64,000 nucleotides of DNA from Candidatus Dojkabacteria bacterium. Its GTDB lineage: Bacteria > Patescibacteriota > Dojkabacteria > J137. The DNA is taken from NCBI GenBank assembly GCA_030950485.1, contig JAUZRK010000005.1:4449-68448 (forward strand), given 5' to 3'. How positions within the stretch are numbered: position 1 is the first letter of the stretch; each line of letters begins with the position of its first letter. Shown here piece by piece: positions 51,526 through 61,184 of the stretch. The position numbers and the translations under genes were made by a program. The notes beneath the pieces were generated by a model, which saw only the letters and a list, made by a program, of their open reading frames with translations, did not search any database and had not been told where the DNA came from.

Positions 51526-51966
51526 ATGGAAGAAAAGAAGAATAGAGATGCCAGACATCTGTCAAGACTTCTTGCAGTACAGTACTTCTTTACGACTATA
51601 GAGGCTATTAAGCTAAACAAATCATTCCAAGCTTTCGAACCTAACTCACTCATTTCAATCTTAGAAGAGAAGAAATTCAATTCTGAATTATATGAGAGAT
51701 TAATAGAAGGAACTTCTTCAAACGAAGAAGATTTGGATAAGAGAATCCAAAAACTTGCTCCATTAAGACCTTTAGACCAGATAAAAACTATCAATTTAAT
51801 AATATTGAGGATGTCAATCTGGGAAGGATTTGTAAGTAAAATAACACCACCAAAAGTTGTAATAAACGAAGCAATCGAACTTGCAAAAGCTTTTGGAGAT
51901 GATGAAGATGGTAAATTCATTAATGGTGTATTAGGAAATCTATTAAACGAAACTAAAGATGAGTAG
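51526..51966 (+). CDS. nusB: transcription antitermination factor NusB
   Basis: PPKVVINEAIELAKAFG...KFINGVLG. Confidence 0.95.
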   Translation: MEEKKNRDARHLSRLLAVQYFFTTIEAIKLNKSFQAFEPNSLISILEEKKFNSELYERLIEGTSSNEEDLDKRIQKLAPLRPLDQIKTINLIILRMSIWEGFVSKITPPKVVINEAIELAKAFGDDEDGKFINGVLGNLLNETKDE

Positions 51967-52675
51967 TGAGATTAAAAAGTTTCAAGATGTTTTAAATTTT
52001 CAATTCAATAATTTTGACCTTCTTATTGAAGCATTAACTCATAGATCTTACATAAATGAGAATAAAGAAGAAGATACATCTAATAACGAGAGGCTTGAAT
52101 TTATAGGAGATGCAGTATTAGAATTAGTTACTACTGAATATTTGTTTCATAAATATCCTAATAAACCAGAAGGTGATTTAACAAGCTTTAGATCTGCTTT
52201 GGTAAGAACAGAAAGCTTAGCTGAAGAATCTACTAAATTAGGAGTAGGAGAGTTTATAAGAATGAGTAAAGGAGAAGAATCTACTGGAGGTAGAGAAAGA
52301 TCATATATTTTGGCAAATACATTTGAGGCTATTACAGGAGCTATTTATCTTGATCAAGGATATGATAAAGCTCGTGAATATTTAATGTCAACTGTACTTA
52401 AAAAAACAGAAGAAATTGTAGAAAATAGATTAGATATTGATCCAAAATCAAAATTACAAGAGATGTCTCAGGAAATAATTAAAGAAACTCCATCGTATAA
52501 ACTTAAGTCATCAACTGGCCCAGATCACAGCAAAACATTTACAATGTGCCTAGTTATAAATGATATTGAGCTTACTACAGGTAAAGGTAAAAGTAAGCAA
52601 GAAGCAGAGCAAAATGCTGCAAAAGCAGCACTAGACTCATGGCAAGAAATAGAAGAAAAATTATCAGATAGTTAA
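51959..52675 (+). CDS. rnc: ribonuclease III
   Basis: ALTHRS, NERLEFIGDAVL, dsRBD DPKSKLQE. Confidence 0.98.
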   Translation: MSSEIKKFQDVLNFQFNNFDLLIEALTHRSYINENKEEDTSNNERLEFIGDAVLELVTTEYLFHKYPNKPEGDLTSFRSALVRTESLAEESTKLGVGEFIRMSKGEESTGGRERSYILANTFEAITGAIYLDQGYDKAREYLMSTVLKKTEEIVENRLDIDPKSKLQEMSQEIIKETPSYKLKSSTGPDHSKTFTMCLVINDIELTTGKGKSKQEAEQNAAKAALDSWQEIEEKLSDS

Positions 52676-52765
52676 TTCTAATTGGTTATTGATGGTATTA
52701 GCATTTTTTGATAAAATTGCTAAGCACTCAGAAAGCTTTGTATAAAATTATTATAAAAATTAAAT

Positions 52766-53128
52766 ATGGTAAAGATTAGATTAGCAAGAGTAGGAAGAAC
52801 ACATTATGCAACATTCAAAATAGTTGTTACACCTGCAAGAGAAAAACAAGTTTCAAAATTCATTGAAGAAATCGGTAGATACAACCCTCATACAAAAGAG
52901 TTAGTATTAGACAAAGAAAGAGCTGCTTACTGGATTTCTGTAGGTGCACAACCAACAGATACAGTGAAAAGAATGCTTATAAAAGATGGAATAGTTGAAA
53001 AGCCAAAAAAGAAAGTTACTTTCAGCAAAAAGCCTGGTAGAAAAGCTACAGAGAGAGCAGAGAAAGTAGCAGCTGCAAAAGAAGCAGAAGCTACAGCAAC
53101 TGAAGAAAAAACTGAAGCAGCTGAATAA
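52766..53128 (+). CDS. rpsP: 30S ribosomal protein S16
   Basis: MVKIRLARVG, YNP, GAQPTDTV. Confidence 0.97.
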   Translation: MVKIRLARVGRTHYATFKIVVTPAREKQVSKFIEEIGRYNPHTKELVLDKERAAYWISVGAQPTDTVKRMLIKDGIVEKPKKKVTFSKKPGRKATERAEKVAAAKEAEATATEEKTEAAE

Positions 53129-53142
53129 GCTAGATAATAGTT

Positions 53143-53874
53143 TTATAATTGCTTTCTATCAATATATTCAAGAATTGAACTATCTAGAGTGCTACTTGGA
53201 GAAATTTTAAGATATCTTCCAGTAGCCTCTATACTATCTTCCCTAAACTGATATTTAGAAAAAGTTAATTCAAAAGTCCATAAAGATCGCCCTTCTTCTT
53301 CAATTCCCTCTAATGTAAAATCTCTTAAGATAACAAAATCATCTAGTCTACTAAGTTCTGTTATAAAGCTATCTATGTTTCTAAATGTACCAGACATTCT
53401 AAACGAGACAGGAATTTCTTGAATAGTAACAGATGTATCTGCAAGATTGCTACCTTGTTGATTAATACTTGAAGCTGATAAAAGATCATTTGCTCTTTGC
53501 GTTTCTATTTCTAAACTATACCTATCTGCAAGTGAAGACAATCTTTCGCTAAATTCAATTACCTCAGTTGATCCAGATGGAGCAATTGAGTCTAAAAAAT
53601 CTAGGTTCTGCTGAAGTTCTATTTGATTTGATCTAAGCGCCCTAACGTAGCCAAGTTTATTGCTTGCTTTACTTCTTTCGCTTTCAAGACTACTAATGGC
53701 TGTAGTATCTGTTGTTATCTCATTAAATTTAGGTATTATTATAAGTAGTATAGATACCATAAATATAATTACAGATATTATAGGTACCACATAAAATTTA
53801 AAAAATTTAGCGTATTTTTTAGACTTAGAAGCTTCTTTCTTTTTTCTTTCCTCTAAAGTTATTATTTGGTCCAT
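53143..53874 (-). CDS. pilO: type IV pilus PilO-like protein
   Basis: TM, coiled coil, GTFRNI..FI..L; position after pilM/pilN. Confidence 0.75.
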   Translation of the reverse strand: MDQIITLEERKKKEASKSKKYAKFFKFYVVPIISVIIFMVSILLIIIPKFNEITTDTTAISSLESERSKASNKLGYVRALRSNQIELQQNLDFLDSIAPSGSTEVIEFSERLSSLADRYSLEIETQRANDLLSASSINQQGSNLADTSVTIQEIPVSFRMSGTFRNIDSFITELSRLDDFVILRDFTLEGIEEEGRSLWTFELTFSKYQFREDSIEATGRYLKISPSSTLDSSILEYIDRKQL

Positions 53875-53877
53875 AAT

Positions 53878-54456
53878 TTATATCAGATTAAATCTAAATT
53901 CTAATTCTAAATCTATTCTTTCTGGATCATTTCTAAATTTAACAGATCTTATAGATACGTCTTTAATATTTTCATTTACTAAACTATTCCTATAGACTTC
54001 TATTACTTGATCTATATTATCTAATGTAACTACAATGACCATTAACGACTCCCTATCTTCTAGAGCATAATCAACAATGCTATTACCAAGAGCAATATCA
54101 TTAGATAAATCTATTATCTCTCTTAGTTTTATATCATTAGCCAATATAGGTTTTAGTAATATATTACCTTTTGTAATTAGCTCACCATTTAAAATTACTA
54201 CATCTTGATTAAGCCCAATCTCATTTTCAATCTGGCTTATTTCATTCTCTAAAGAATCAATTTTAGGAGTAACTCTAATTGCTTGATACATAGATAGCGA
54301 AAAATACATTAAAGCAGCAGAGAAGAGCAATATAAAAGAATAAATAATTGTAGTATCCCTTTTTTCAATAACTTTAATCTCTTCTTTAGATATTGGAGGT
54401 ACTAAATTAAATTCTTTAAATTTTTTCTCACTAAATGAAAAAGTATTTGTTGCCAT
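53878..54456 (-). CDS. pilN: type IV pilus PilN-like protein
   Basis: FNLVP (INLLP-like) motif, TM, coiled coil. Confidence 0.7.
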   Translation of the reverse strand: MATNTFSFSEKKFKEFNLVPPISKEEIKVIEKRDTTIIYSFILLFSAALMYFSLSMYQAIRVTPKIDSLENEISQIENEIGLNQDVVILNGELITKGNILLKPILANDIKLREIIDLSNDIALGNSIVDYALEDRESLMVIVVTLDNIDQVIEVYRNSLVNENIKDVSIRSVKFRNDPERIDLELEFRFNLI

Positions 54457-55503
54457 TTATATTACTAAACCTTTTAAAGATAAACCAAGAGCTACATTGT
54501 AACTATGTACATTTGTTGTTTGAACAATCTTCTTAGCTTGAGTAGTCAAGCTCATATTATTTATTGGGTCTACCAATACTGCATTTATTCCTAATGCATC
54601 TTTAATCATCTTATCAAGCATATATAATTTAGCCCCTCCACCAGTTAAATAAACAGTATTAATTTCTGACTTACCTAACTTCTCTTTATAATAAACAAGT
54701 GTTCTTGATATCTCGCTAATTAGCATCTGTGTTATTGGCTCAATTGCCTTTGCTATTTTTTGAATGTTTTCTGGTGTTTGATTTGCAAATTGTAATTTCA
54801 ATTGTTCAGCTTTAGCGTCATCAAATCCAAAATCAGCAGATAAGATTTTATTAATTGAAGATGAACCAGTACTTAATGTTTGAGAATATATACTGATACC
54901 TTTTCTAGCAAGAATAATATTACTGTTATCTGCACCAAAATCTAGTATTAGAATGTCTTCTTTCTGTCCTGTGGAGAATGTTACAAGCCTGGCTGTTGCT
55001 AGTGCTTCTGTCTCAATAGCTAATAGATTTAGGCCCGCCTTAGTTGCGATTTTTCTATAAAATTTAATTCTTTCCTTCGGAGCTGCAACTACGTACCAAT
55101 TTATATAAGGTTTACCATTTAGCTCTTTCTTATCTATATTTGTAAATGCAATGCTTACGTTATCTAATGATGTTGGTACCAATGGTTTTATTCCCCAATG
55201 AATTGCGTCATTTATATTTTCTTCATCAACTTCGGGTACAACTAGTAATCTAGAAAATACTGATTGTTCAGGAATAGAGAAGACACAGTTCTTAGTATTA
55301 ACTCCTGATCTTTCATGTATTTCTTTAACTGTCTCTGCTATTTCATCAATACCTTCTTCAGAATCATTACCTAATAATCCTATTTTAGTTAAACCTGATG
55401 CTAGTGATTCTAAAGTAACTTTGTTTCCAGATCTCTTTGTATAAGAAAGTTTTAAAGAATAGTCACCAAAATCTAAACCGAAAAATTCTATTATCTTTGC
55501 CAT
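54457..55503 (-). CDS. pilM: type IV pilus assembly protein PilM
   Basis: GLDFG, LDFGA, LTGGGA, VALGLSL actin-like fold. Confidence 0.92.
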   Translation of the reverse strand: MAKIIEFFGLDFGDYSLKLSYTKRSGNKVTLESLASGLTKIGLLGNDSEEGIDEIAETVKEIHERSGVNTKNCVFSIPEQSVFSRLLVVPEVDEENINDAIHWGIKPLVPTSLDNVSIAFTNIDKKELNGKPYINWYVVAAPKERIKFYRKIATKAGLNLLAIETEALATARLVTFSTGQKEDILILDFGADNSNIILARKGISIYSQTLSTGSSSINKILSADFGFDDAKAEQLKLQFANQTPENIQKIAKAIEPITQMLISEISRTLVYYKEKLGKSEINTVYLTGGGAKLYMLDKMIKDALGINAVLVDPINNMSLTTQAKKIVQTTNVHSYNVALGLSLKGLVI

Positions 55504-55557
55504 TATAAAAATAATTAACTTATATATATAATAAAGTAAATAATTGTTAATGGAAAA

Positions 55558-56508
55558 TTAAAATATAATTACTCCATCCGAAATTAATGCATAATTGAAG
55601 ATTGAATCTAGCTGAGGAACCAAGGGAACACTAGATTCATATATTGCGCTTGATGATTCTGGATTAGATGAATCATATCCTACAGATTGAAAATCTCTTT
55701 TTTGGTAAGGGTACGTTGATTTATCACTTGGAATTATAGACAGAGTAGTAACACCTGAAACTCTACTTCTAGGTGTTATTATTAAAAATCTAGGTACATA
55801 ATTAGTTATTGGACCAGGCAAAGTACTAAAATAATCTGAAATTGTTATTTTAGTAGTATTAGTTGTATTAGATGGATCATCTACTTGGAAATTTAATACA
55901 TGTTTAAATGGATCTCCAGGATTACTAGGGCTATTATTAATAGGATCATCACCAATAAATTGATCAAAAACCCCATGGGCATCAAATATATCTTTCACAA
56001 GATAAAAATTTGAGCTGCTTAAATCTTCATAATAAATTGTAAACTCTAGAACTACGTCATTTGTCCACCTGATATCTAATGAATTGAAGTACCCTTTAGT
56101 AGAGCTGTCTTCTGCAAGTCTCACAGTATACATTTGATCTTTTATTAATGTTAGATCATCTATATCATGAGTATCTCTAACTTCTACCTCTCTTTCTACT
56201 ACCTGCTGACTGAAGTCTGAATCAGATTCCTCACAAATATAAACATCATCATAAGGTTTTTCAGAATCAGTTTTCTTATCGCACTTAGATCCTGGTAAAT
56301 TTTTTAAAGCAAAATCTAATTGGCCATATGTTCTTACATACTCATTAATTGTTTGTTCAGCTGAATTAGCTATTTGCTCATATGCCCTTGAAGTTTCTAC
56401 TTGCTCAGTGTCTCTCTGTATTAAAACAACTAGACCAATTATAACAATAGCTACTATCATTAAAACTATTAATGTTATCAACATGATTTGTCCTTTTTTA
56501 GAATTCAT
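55558..56508 (-). CDS. PilX-like minor pilin
   Basis: KKG/QIMLITL pilin-like N-terminus lacking E5. Confidence 0.75.
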   Translation of the reverse strand: MNSKKGQIMLITLIVLMIVAIVIIGLVVLIQRDTEQVETSRAYEQIANSAEQTINEYVRTYGQLDFALKNLPGSKCDKKTDSEKPYDDVYICEESDSDFSQQVVEREVEVRDTHDIDDLTLIKDQMYTVRLAEDSSTKGYFNSLDIRWTNDVVLEFTIYYEDLSSSNFYLVKDIFDAHGVFDQFIGDDPINNSPSNPGDPFKHVLNFQVDDPSNTTNTTKITISDYFSTLPGPITNYVPRFLIITPRSRVSGVTTLSIIPSDKSTYPYQKRDFQSVGYDSSNPESSSAIYESSVPLVPQLDSIFNYALISDGVIIF

Positions 56509-57052
56509 AGTTTCTTGTAGATATTGATATTTGTTGTATAAGATTTGTCACCTCAAGGTTTGTATTAAAGTGTGAACCTATTACTGTAAATAATACATTA
56601 TTCTGTGAGCTTGTAGTACCATTTTCGCTTGAAAATCCTTTTTCAAATTTAACTTTATCAATCACAATGTCACCATCCGTTTCAAATATAGTATTGTAAT
56701 TTCCCGTAGCGTCATCTTTTTCTTCTTTGCAATAACTATATTCTTCACATCTATGCCAAAGGTATTGAGTCCCACCTACTACAAATTCACATGACTCTGA
56801 ACCTTCTATACTATTAAGTCCACACTCTACAATATATTCAGAATTTCTTATATCCCTAGAAATTAGAGAAGTTAAATCAGAGAGAGATTCCCTAACCTTA
56901 CTTCTAGCTAAAGTTTTAAATGTGATATTTGAAGATAATATAAAAATATTAAAGAATAATGTTAAAACTAAAGCAATAACTGTCAAGCTTACTATAACTT
57001 CAATTAAAGAGAATCCCTTTTTATTTTTTTTAGATTTTAAGTGTAAATTCAT
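56498..57052 (-). CDS. minor pilin (PilW-like)
   Basis: KKG/FSLIEV. Confidence 0.88.
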   Translation of the reverse strand: MNLHLKSKKNKKGFSLIEVIVSLTVIALVLTLFFNIFILSSNITFKTLARSKVRESLSDLTSLISRDIRNSEYIVECGLNSIEGSESCEFVVGGTQYLWHRCEEYSYCKEEKDDATGNYNTIFETDGDIVIDKVKFEKGFSSENGTTSSQNNVLFTVIGSHFNTNLEVTNLIQQISISTRNYEF

Positions 57053-57560
57053 CGTATCTTATTCCTCTTATAAAACTAAATAAATTTCTATCTCCAGACT
57101 TATAATATAAGACTGCATTTATCCCGTATGTGGCTGTACTACCAGGAATTACATCTGGTATTACTTGTATTTCTAGACAAGAAGTAATCTGATCTATATC
57201 TGCTACTGCTATTTTGTCAAAGTCTATATAGTAATCACTACTTTTTTCACAAGAGTCAATTCCTTCTGTTTGTAATTTTAAAAAATTCTCATTTGTGTCT
57301 TCATCAAATTCCAAACTATATGAGTATGTAAGCCCGCTCGTAGTTGGGAGTTGTGTTACTAAAACAGTACTCGGAGCTTTTACGATTTCCAGAGCTTTTA
57401 TTAATGATTTATTAGAAACATCTTCTATCTCATTTTGTTTTACTCTATATAAAGATGAGATTACCAAGTTAACTGCAACTACAAGTGTTGTAGAGATAAT
57501 TCCTAGAACTATCAATACCTCAACTAAACTAGACGCTTTTCTTTTACTTGCTACTTTCAT
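57030..57560 (-). CDS. minor pilin (PilV-like)
   Basis: RKA/SSLVEV. Confidence 0.8.
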   Translation of the reverse strand: MKVASKRKASSLVEVLIVLGIISTTLVVAVNLVISSLYRVKQNEIEDVSNKSLIKALEIVKAPSTVLVTQLPTTSGLTYSYSLEFDEDTNENFLKLQTEGIDSCEKSSDYYIDFDKIAVADIDQITSCLEIQVIPDVIPGSTATYGINAVLYYKSGDRNLFSFIRGIRYDEFTLKI

Positions 57561-58101
57561 TTATAGTATTTTTTTCTAAAGCAAATTCAATTATATTTGT
57601 TCTTGATCTAAGCGAATGAGTTAAAACTACAGTACATGTACCTGAATCTATAGGATTGAGATTTGTATCAAATTGAATCATGTCTAAATTTCTCCTTCTT
57701 ACAGCTATATATTGACAATCGCTTTCTATACCTACATCAATATAATTATTATTTCTAGAGATATCAATACTATCTGTACAACCAATTCCTACTAATGAAT
57801 CTTTACAATAAAATTTATTAAAATCGTTATCTATAATCTCTAATACATAATAATCTGGCAGTTGATCTATAACTCTTCCTGTTCCTGTAAAATCTAACGC
57901 CGGGTTAATGACTGCATTTCTAGCTTCATTTTGTAAACTATTTGTATATGTTACAAAATCTAAAGTAACTGTTTGTAATTCAACACTAGATTGATAATAT
58001 CTAAAAGAAAATATTGCCGTTAAGAAAATCATTACAGTTATTCCTAAACTGACTAGAACTTCGATTAAAGTAAACCCATGTTTTTTATCTACTATTTCCA
58101 T
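57544..58101 (-). CDS. minor pilin (FimT/FimU-like)
   Basis: KHG/FTLIEV. Confidence 0.88.
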   Translation of the reverse strand: MEIVDKKHGFTLIEVLVSLGITVMIFLTAIFSFRYYQSSVELQTVTLDFVTYTNSLQNEARNAVINPALDFTGTGRVIDQLPDYYVLEIIDNDFNKFYCKDSLVGIGCTDSIDISRNNNYIDVGIESDCQYIAVRRRNLDMIQFDTNLNPIDSGTCTVVLTHSLRSRTNIIEFALEKNTINESSK

Positions 58102-58102
58102 A

Positions 58103-58939
58103 CTAATAATTGATAAATATTATGTCATTTATATTTTGGCCAAAGCCAAGTGCTACTGTAAAACCTATTAGTATTAATGGTACAAAGGGAATTAATACTC
58201 CTCGAAATTTTTTTAAATAATATGAGAAGGCTAGCGCAACAATACTTCCTAATATAAGTGTAGATAATAAAAATGGAACAACTAATGGCCAACCTATACT
58301 AAGTCCAATTATCATATTTACGTCAATATCACCTTCGCCTAAACCTTCTTCAGAAGTTAATTTAACAACACTCCATGTTAATGCAACTAAGAAAAATGCG
58401 CCAATTAAGCTACTTAAATTTCCTATATTTATAAGTTCAAAAATATATTCACTAGTTGTTCTGTAGCTAAAAAAATCAGCTATAGTAATAAACAAGCTAA
58501 TTAAAACAATTACGAATAATCCTTTTTTTATTACTGCAACAGGCACTGCAAAATTTATAATGTCATATACAGCTAAATATAATATTAAGATATAAACTCC
58601 AAAATAAAATGAAAAATGGAGTAGTATTTCCCATAACTGAACTTCAGTATTTTGAATGTAAATATTTATAAAACTTAATGAAAGAATAAAGGCAGTAAAA
58701 ATTGAGAGTAATTCACTAACAAAAAGTATCTTACCTTCTTTTACTAGTAAGTGTTTTTTAAAAATGATACTTGAAAAGGGTATTAGATATAATTTTAACT
58801 TTAATAAATCGTTTTTATCTAGAGATTTAAATCTAGATATTAAGTTAATATCTGTGCATGTAAAATAAAACTTCTTACTTAAGAAGTTTGCAAAATATAC
58901 TATTATTAATGTAAATAGAATAGGCATAAGTTTATACAA
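58103..58939 (-). CDS. pilD: prepilin peptidase (A24), lacking the Cys-rich N-terminal domain
   Basis: AVYD and GLGEGD aspartates, IPFVP C-terminus. Confidence 0.8.
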   Translation of the reverse strand: MYKLMPILFTLIIVYFANFLSKKFYFTCTDINLISRFKSLDKNDLLKLKLYLIPFSSIIFKKHLLVKEGKILFVSELLSIFTAFILSLSFINIYIQNTEVQLWEILLHFSFYFGVYILILYLAVYDIINFAVPVAVIKKGLFVIVLISLFITIADFFSYRTTSEYIFELINIGNLSSLIGAFFLVALTWSVVKLTSEEGLGEGDIDVNMIIGLSIGWPLVVPFLLSTLILGSIVALAFSYYLKKFRGVLIPFVPLILIGFTVALGFGQNINDIIFINY

Positions 58940-58972
58940 TTTAGCTAATACTAGGATATCACAAAAAAAAGA

Positions 58973-59470
58973 CTAGGGTGTAGCATGCCAGCTATCAGTA
59001 TTTTCAGGGCATTCTTCTGTTCCGAAAGATCTTACAGTAGAACTATTTTCTAACTCTAAACAGAAGGCAAACGCACCATTAATATTTTCATAATAATAAT
59101 TTGTACTGCTTGAATCAGTTGATATACTAAAGGTTAAGAAATTCTCTAGATCATAAGTTCTTATTATATTATTCTCTGTACCATCAGGAAGTATTACATC
59201 AGATCTAATTTGTATCTGAGTTTCATTGAAAGTAACCTCGTCAGTTTCAGGATAAGTAAAATTATTTAATCTTCTGAAATCATTTATAAATTCTACCAAA
59301 TCCGAACCTGTAGATATTCTTTCATTATCTCTAGAATTTCTTCTTATAACTGAGAGTAATGAAAAAGAAAGTGCTATTAACATAGCAAACACTGACATTA
59401 CTACTAAAATTTCTAGCAATGTCAGTGCTTTTTTTTCAGAGTTTTTAACAGAACTCCTATGTTCCATCAT
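58973..59470 (-). CDS. type IV pilin
   Basis: KKA/LTLLEI, SRDNER, FCLELE. Confidence 0.85.
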   Translation of the reverse strand: MMEHRSSVKNSEKKALTLLEILVVMSVFAMLIALSFSLLSVIRRNSRDNERISTGSDLVEFINDFRRLNNFTYPETDEVTFNETQIQIRSDVILPDGTENNIIRTYDLENFLTFSISTDSSSTNYYYENINGAFAFCLELENSSTVRSFGTEECPENTDSWHATP

Positions 59471-59924
59471 ATTCTACTGTTGCACAGGCTGTATAATCAC
59501 CTTCATTTTCCCAAGTACCTCCAGAACCTTCGAGTTGATACCCGAAAGTAAATTCAGAACCACTTGTGTTCACATCATAACAATATGCTGTTGAGTCAGT
59601 GTCAGAAGCTTCGTTAGCAGCTCCAACAGCACCATCTAAAGGAACTGATTCTGATGCTCCTCCTGGATAATTAACTGTAACCTCATCTGCAAGTATTTGT
59701 ACTTGAGCATTTGTTGGGTATTGACCATTAGCAGCACTAAACTCTTCCATGATTAATGCAAAAGCTTCTCCAGTTTTTCGCCTTTGAGTATCTCTAGCAT
59801 TTCTTTGTAACAATTGAATACCAAAAACAGACATTCCGATTAGTAGGGCAACAATTCCCATACCAACCATTAACTCGATAAGTGTGAAAGCACTCTTATC
59901 TTTTTTTACATTGTGTGCACTCAT
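59457..59924 (-). CDS. type IV pilin (candidate major pilin)
   Basis: KSA/FTLIEL, ARDTQR, GQYP. Confidence 0.88.
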   Translation of the reverse strand: MSAHNVKKDKSAFTLIELMVGMGIVALLIGMSVFGIQLLQRNARDTQRRKTGEAFALIMEEFSAANGQYPTNAQVQILADEVTVNYPGGASESVPLDGAVGAANEASDTDSTAYCYDVNTSGSEFTFGYQLEGSGGTWENEGDYTACATVEYDGT

Positions 59925-59952
59925 TTGTAAAAATATAAAAATAAAATTTGTC

Positions 59953-61179
59953 TTAGAAAATGTTAGCTACATTGTATATTGGTAGATATATTGCTACCGC
60001 CATAAATGCTACTAATCCGCCAACTATTAACAGAATAATTGGCTCTAATAGCTTTGTCAAGTTACCTGTAATTTGTTCAACTTCTGCTTCATAATATTTA
60101 GCCATATCATCCATTACAACATCCATTTTTCCTGATTCTTCACCAGTTGCTATCATCTTGATTAAAATCAATGGAAAGGCTGCCTTATCATTATTTTTAG
60201 CCAATGCTAATGATAAACTTGCTCCTTTAGTAATATCATTTCTAGAATTTGAAACTATCTCACTAAAAAGTTTATTTGATAATGCTCTTGAGACAATTTC
60301 TAATGCCTCTACAATAGGGATACCACTTTTAATTAACATAGATAAAAGTCTACAAAACTCAGTTAGTTGAATTTTCATAGAAAGATTACCAAAAATTGGA
60401 ATTTTCAATTTTATTCTTGCAACAACAATTTTATTTTCCTTTTTTTGAGTAAAAGATTTATATAAAAATACTATAGCTGCAATACTTCCAATTAAGATAA
60501 ATAGAGTCGAGGGTTTACCTATAGTTTCACCTAAAACTACTAAGAAGTTAGTAACTCCTGGTAGCTCTGTTTCACCTAAACTCAAATAAAGTTCTTTAAC
60601 CTGAGGAATCATAAATAAAATCATTACGGCGACAACTGCAATAAGAACAAAGAATATAATTATTGGATAAATCATAGCTCCGACAATTTTTCCTTTTAAG
60701 TTCTTTCCCTTCTCCATATCTTCAGCAACCTTGATAAGCATTTCGTTTAAGTTACCACTTTTCTCACCAGCTGCAATAAGATTGATTTGAACATCAGAGA
60801 AAAACCCTCCTACTTTTTGAAATGCTTTTGATAGGGGAGAGCCAGATTCAATAATTCTATATATCTCTTCAAATTTTTTTCTAACACTTTCTTTTTCTGC
60901 CTGCTGCTTTAAAATTTCTATAGCTTGGATTATCGGAATTCCAGCTGATATCATTGTAGATAGCTGCTTAGAGATCAAGACACGCTCTGACAGTGGCATA
61001 CCTCCAATTTCAATATTTAATAAATTCTTTAGCCCAACTGCAAGATCCTCTTTTATCGTAATAATGGTCATATTCTGTCTAGTGAGATATTCCACGATTT
61101 CATCTCTAGTTGCTGCTTCACGTTTTCCTTCAATTTTATTTCCTGATGAGCTAACTGCGATATAACTATATGCTGCCAT
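59953..61179 (-). CDS. pilC: type IV pilus platform protein PilC
   Basis: QLSTMISAGIP, AGEKSGNL, GAMIYP, TGEESG, LLEP. Confidence 0.95.
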   Translation of the reverse strand: MAAYSYIAVSSSGNKIEGKREAATRDEIVEYLTRQNMTIITIKEDLAVGLKNLLNIEIGGMPLSERVLISKQLSTMISAGIPIIQAIEILKQQAEKESVRKKFEEIYRIIESGSPLSKAFQKVGGFFSDVQINLIAAGEKSGNLNEMLIKVAEDMEKGKNLKGKIVGAMIYPIIIFFVLIAVVAVMILFMIPQVKELYLSLGETELPGVTNFLVVLGETIGKPSTLFILIGSIAAIVFLYKSFTQKKENKIVVARIKLKIPIFGNLSMKIQLTEFCRLLSMLIKSGIPIVEALEIVSRALSNKLFSEIVSNSRNDITKGASLSLALAKNNDKAAFPLILIKMIATGEESGKMDVVMDDMAKYYEAEVEQITGNLTKLLEPIILLIVGGLVAFMAVAIYLPIYNVANIF

Positions 61180-61184
61180 TGATT

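Noticed and set aside
93-60370. Short ORFs overlapping real genes (e.g. 93-281, 686-868, 2665-2910, 24072-24299, 30681-31043, 37462-37761, 51504-51920, 60158-60370)
   Set aside because: Antisense or alternate-frame shadows of better-supported genes, with no motifs.
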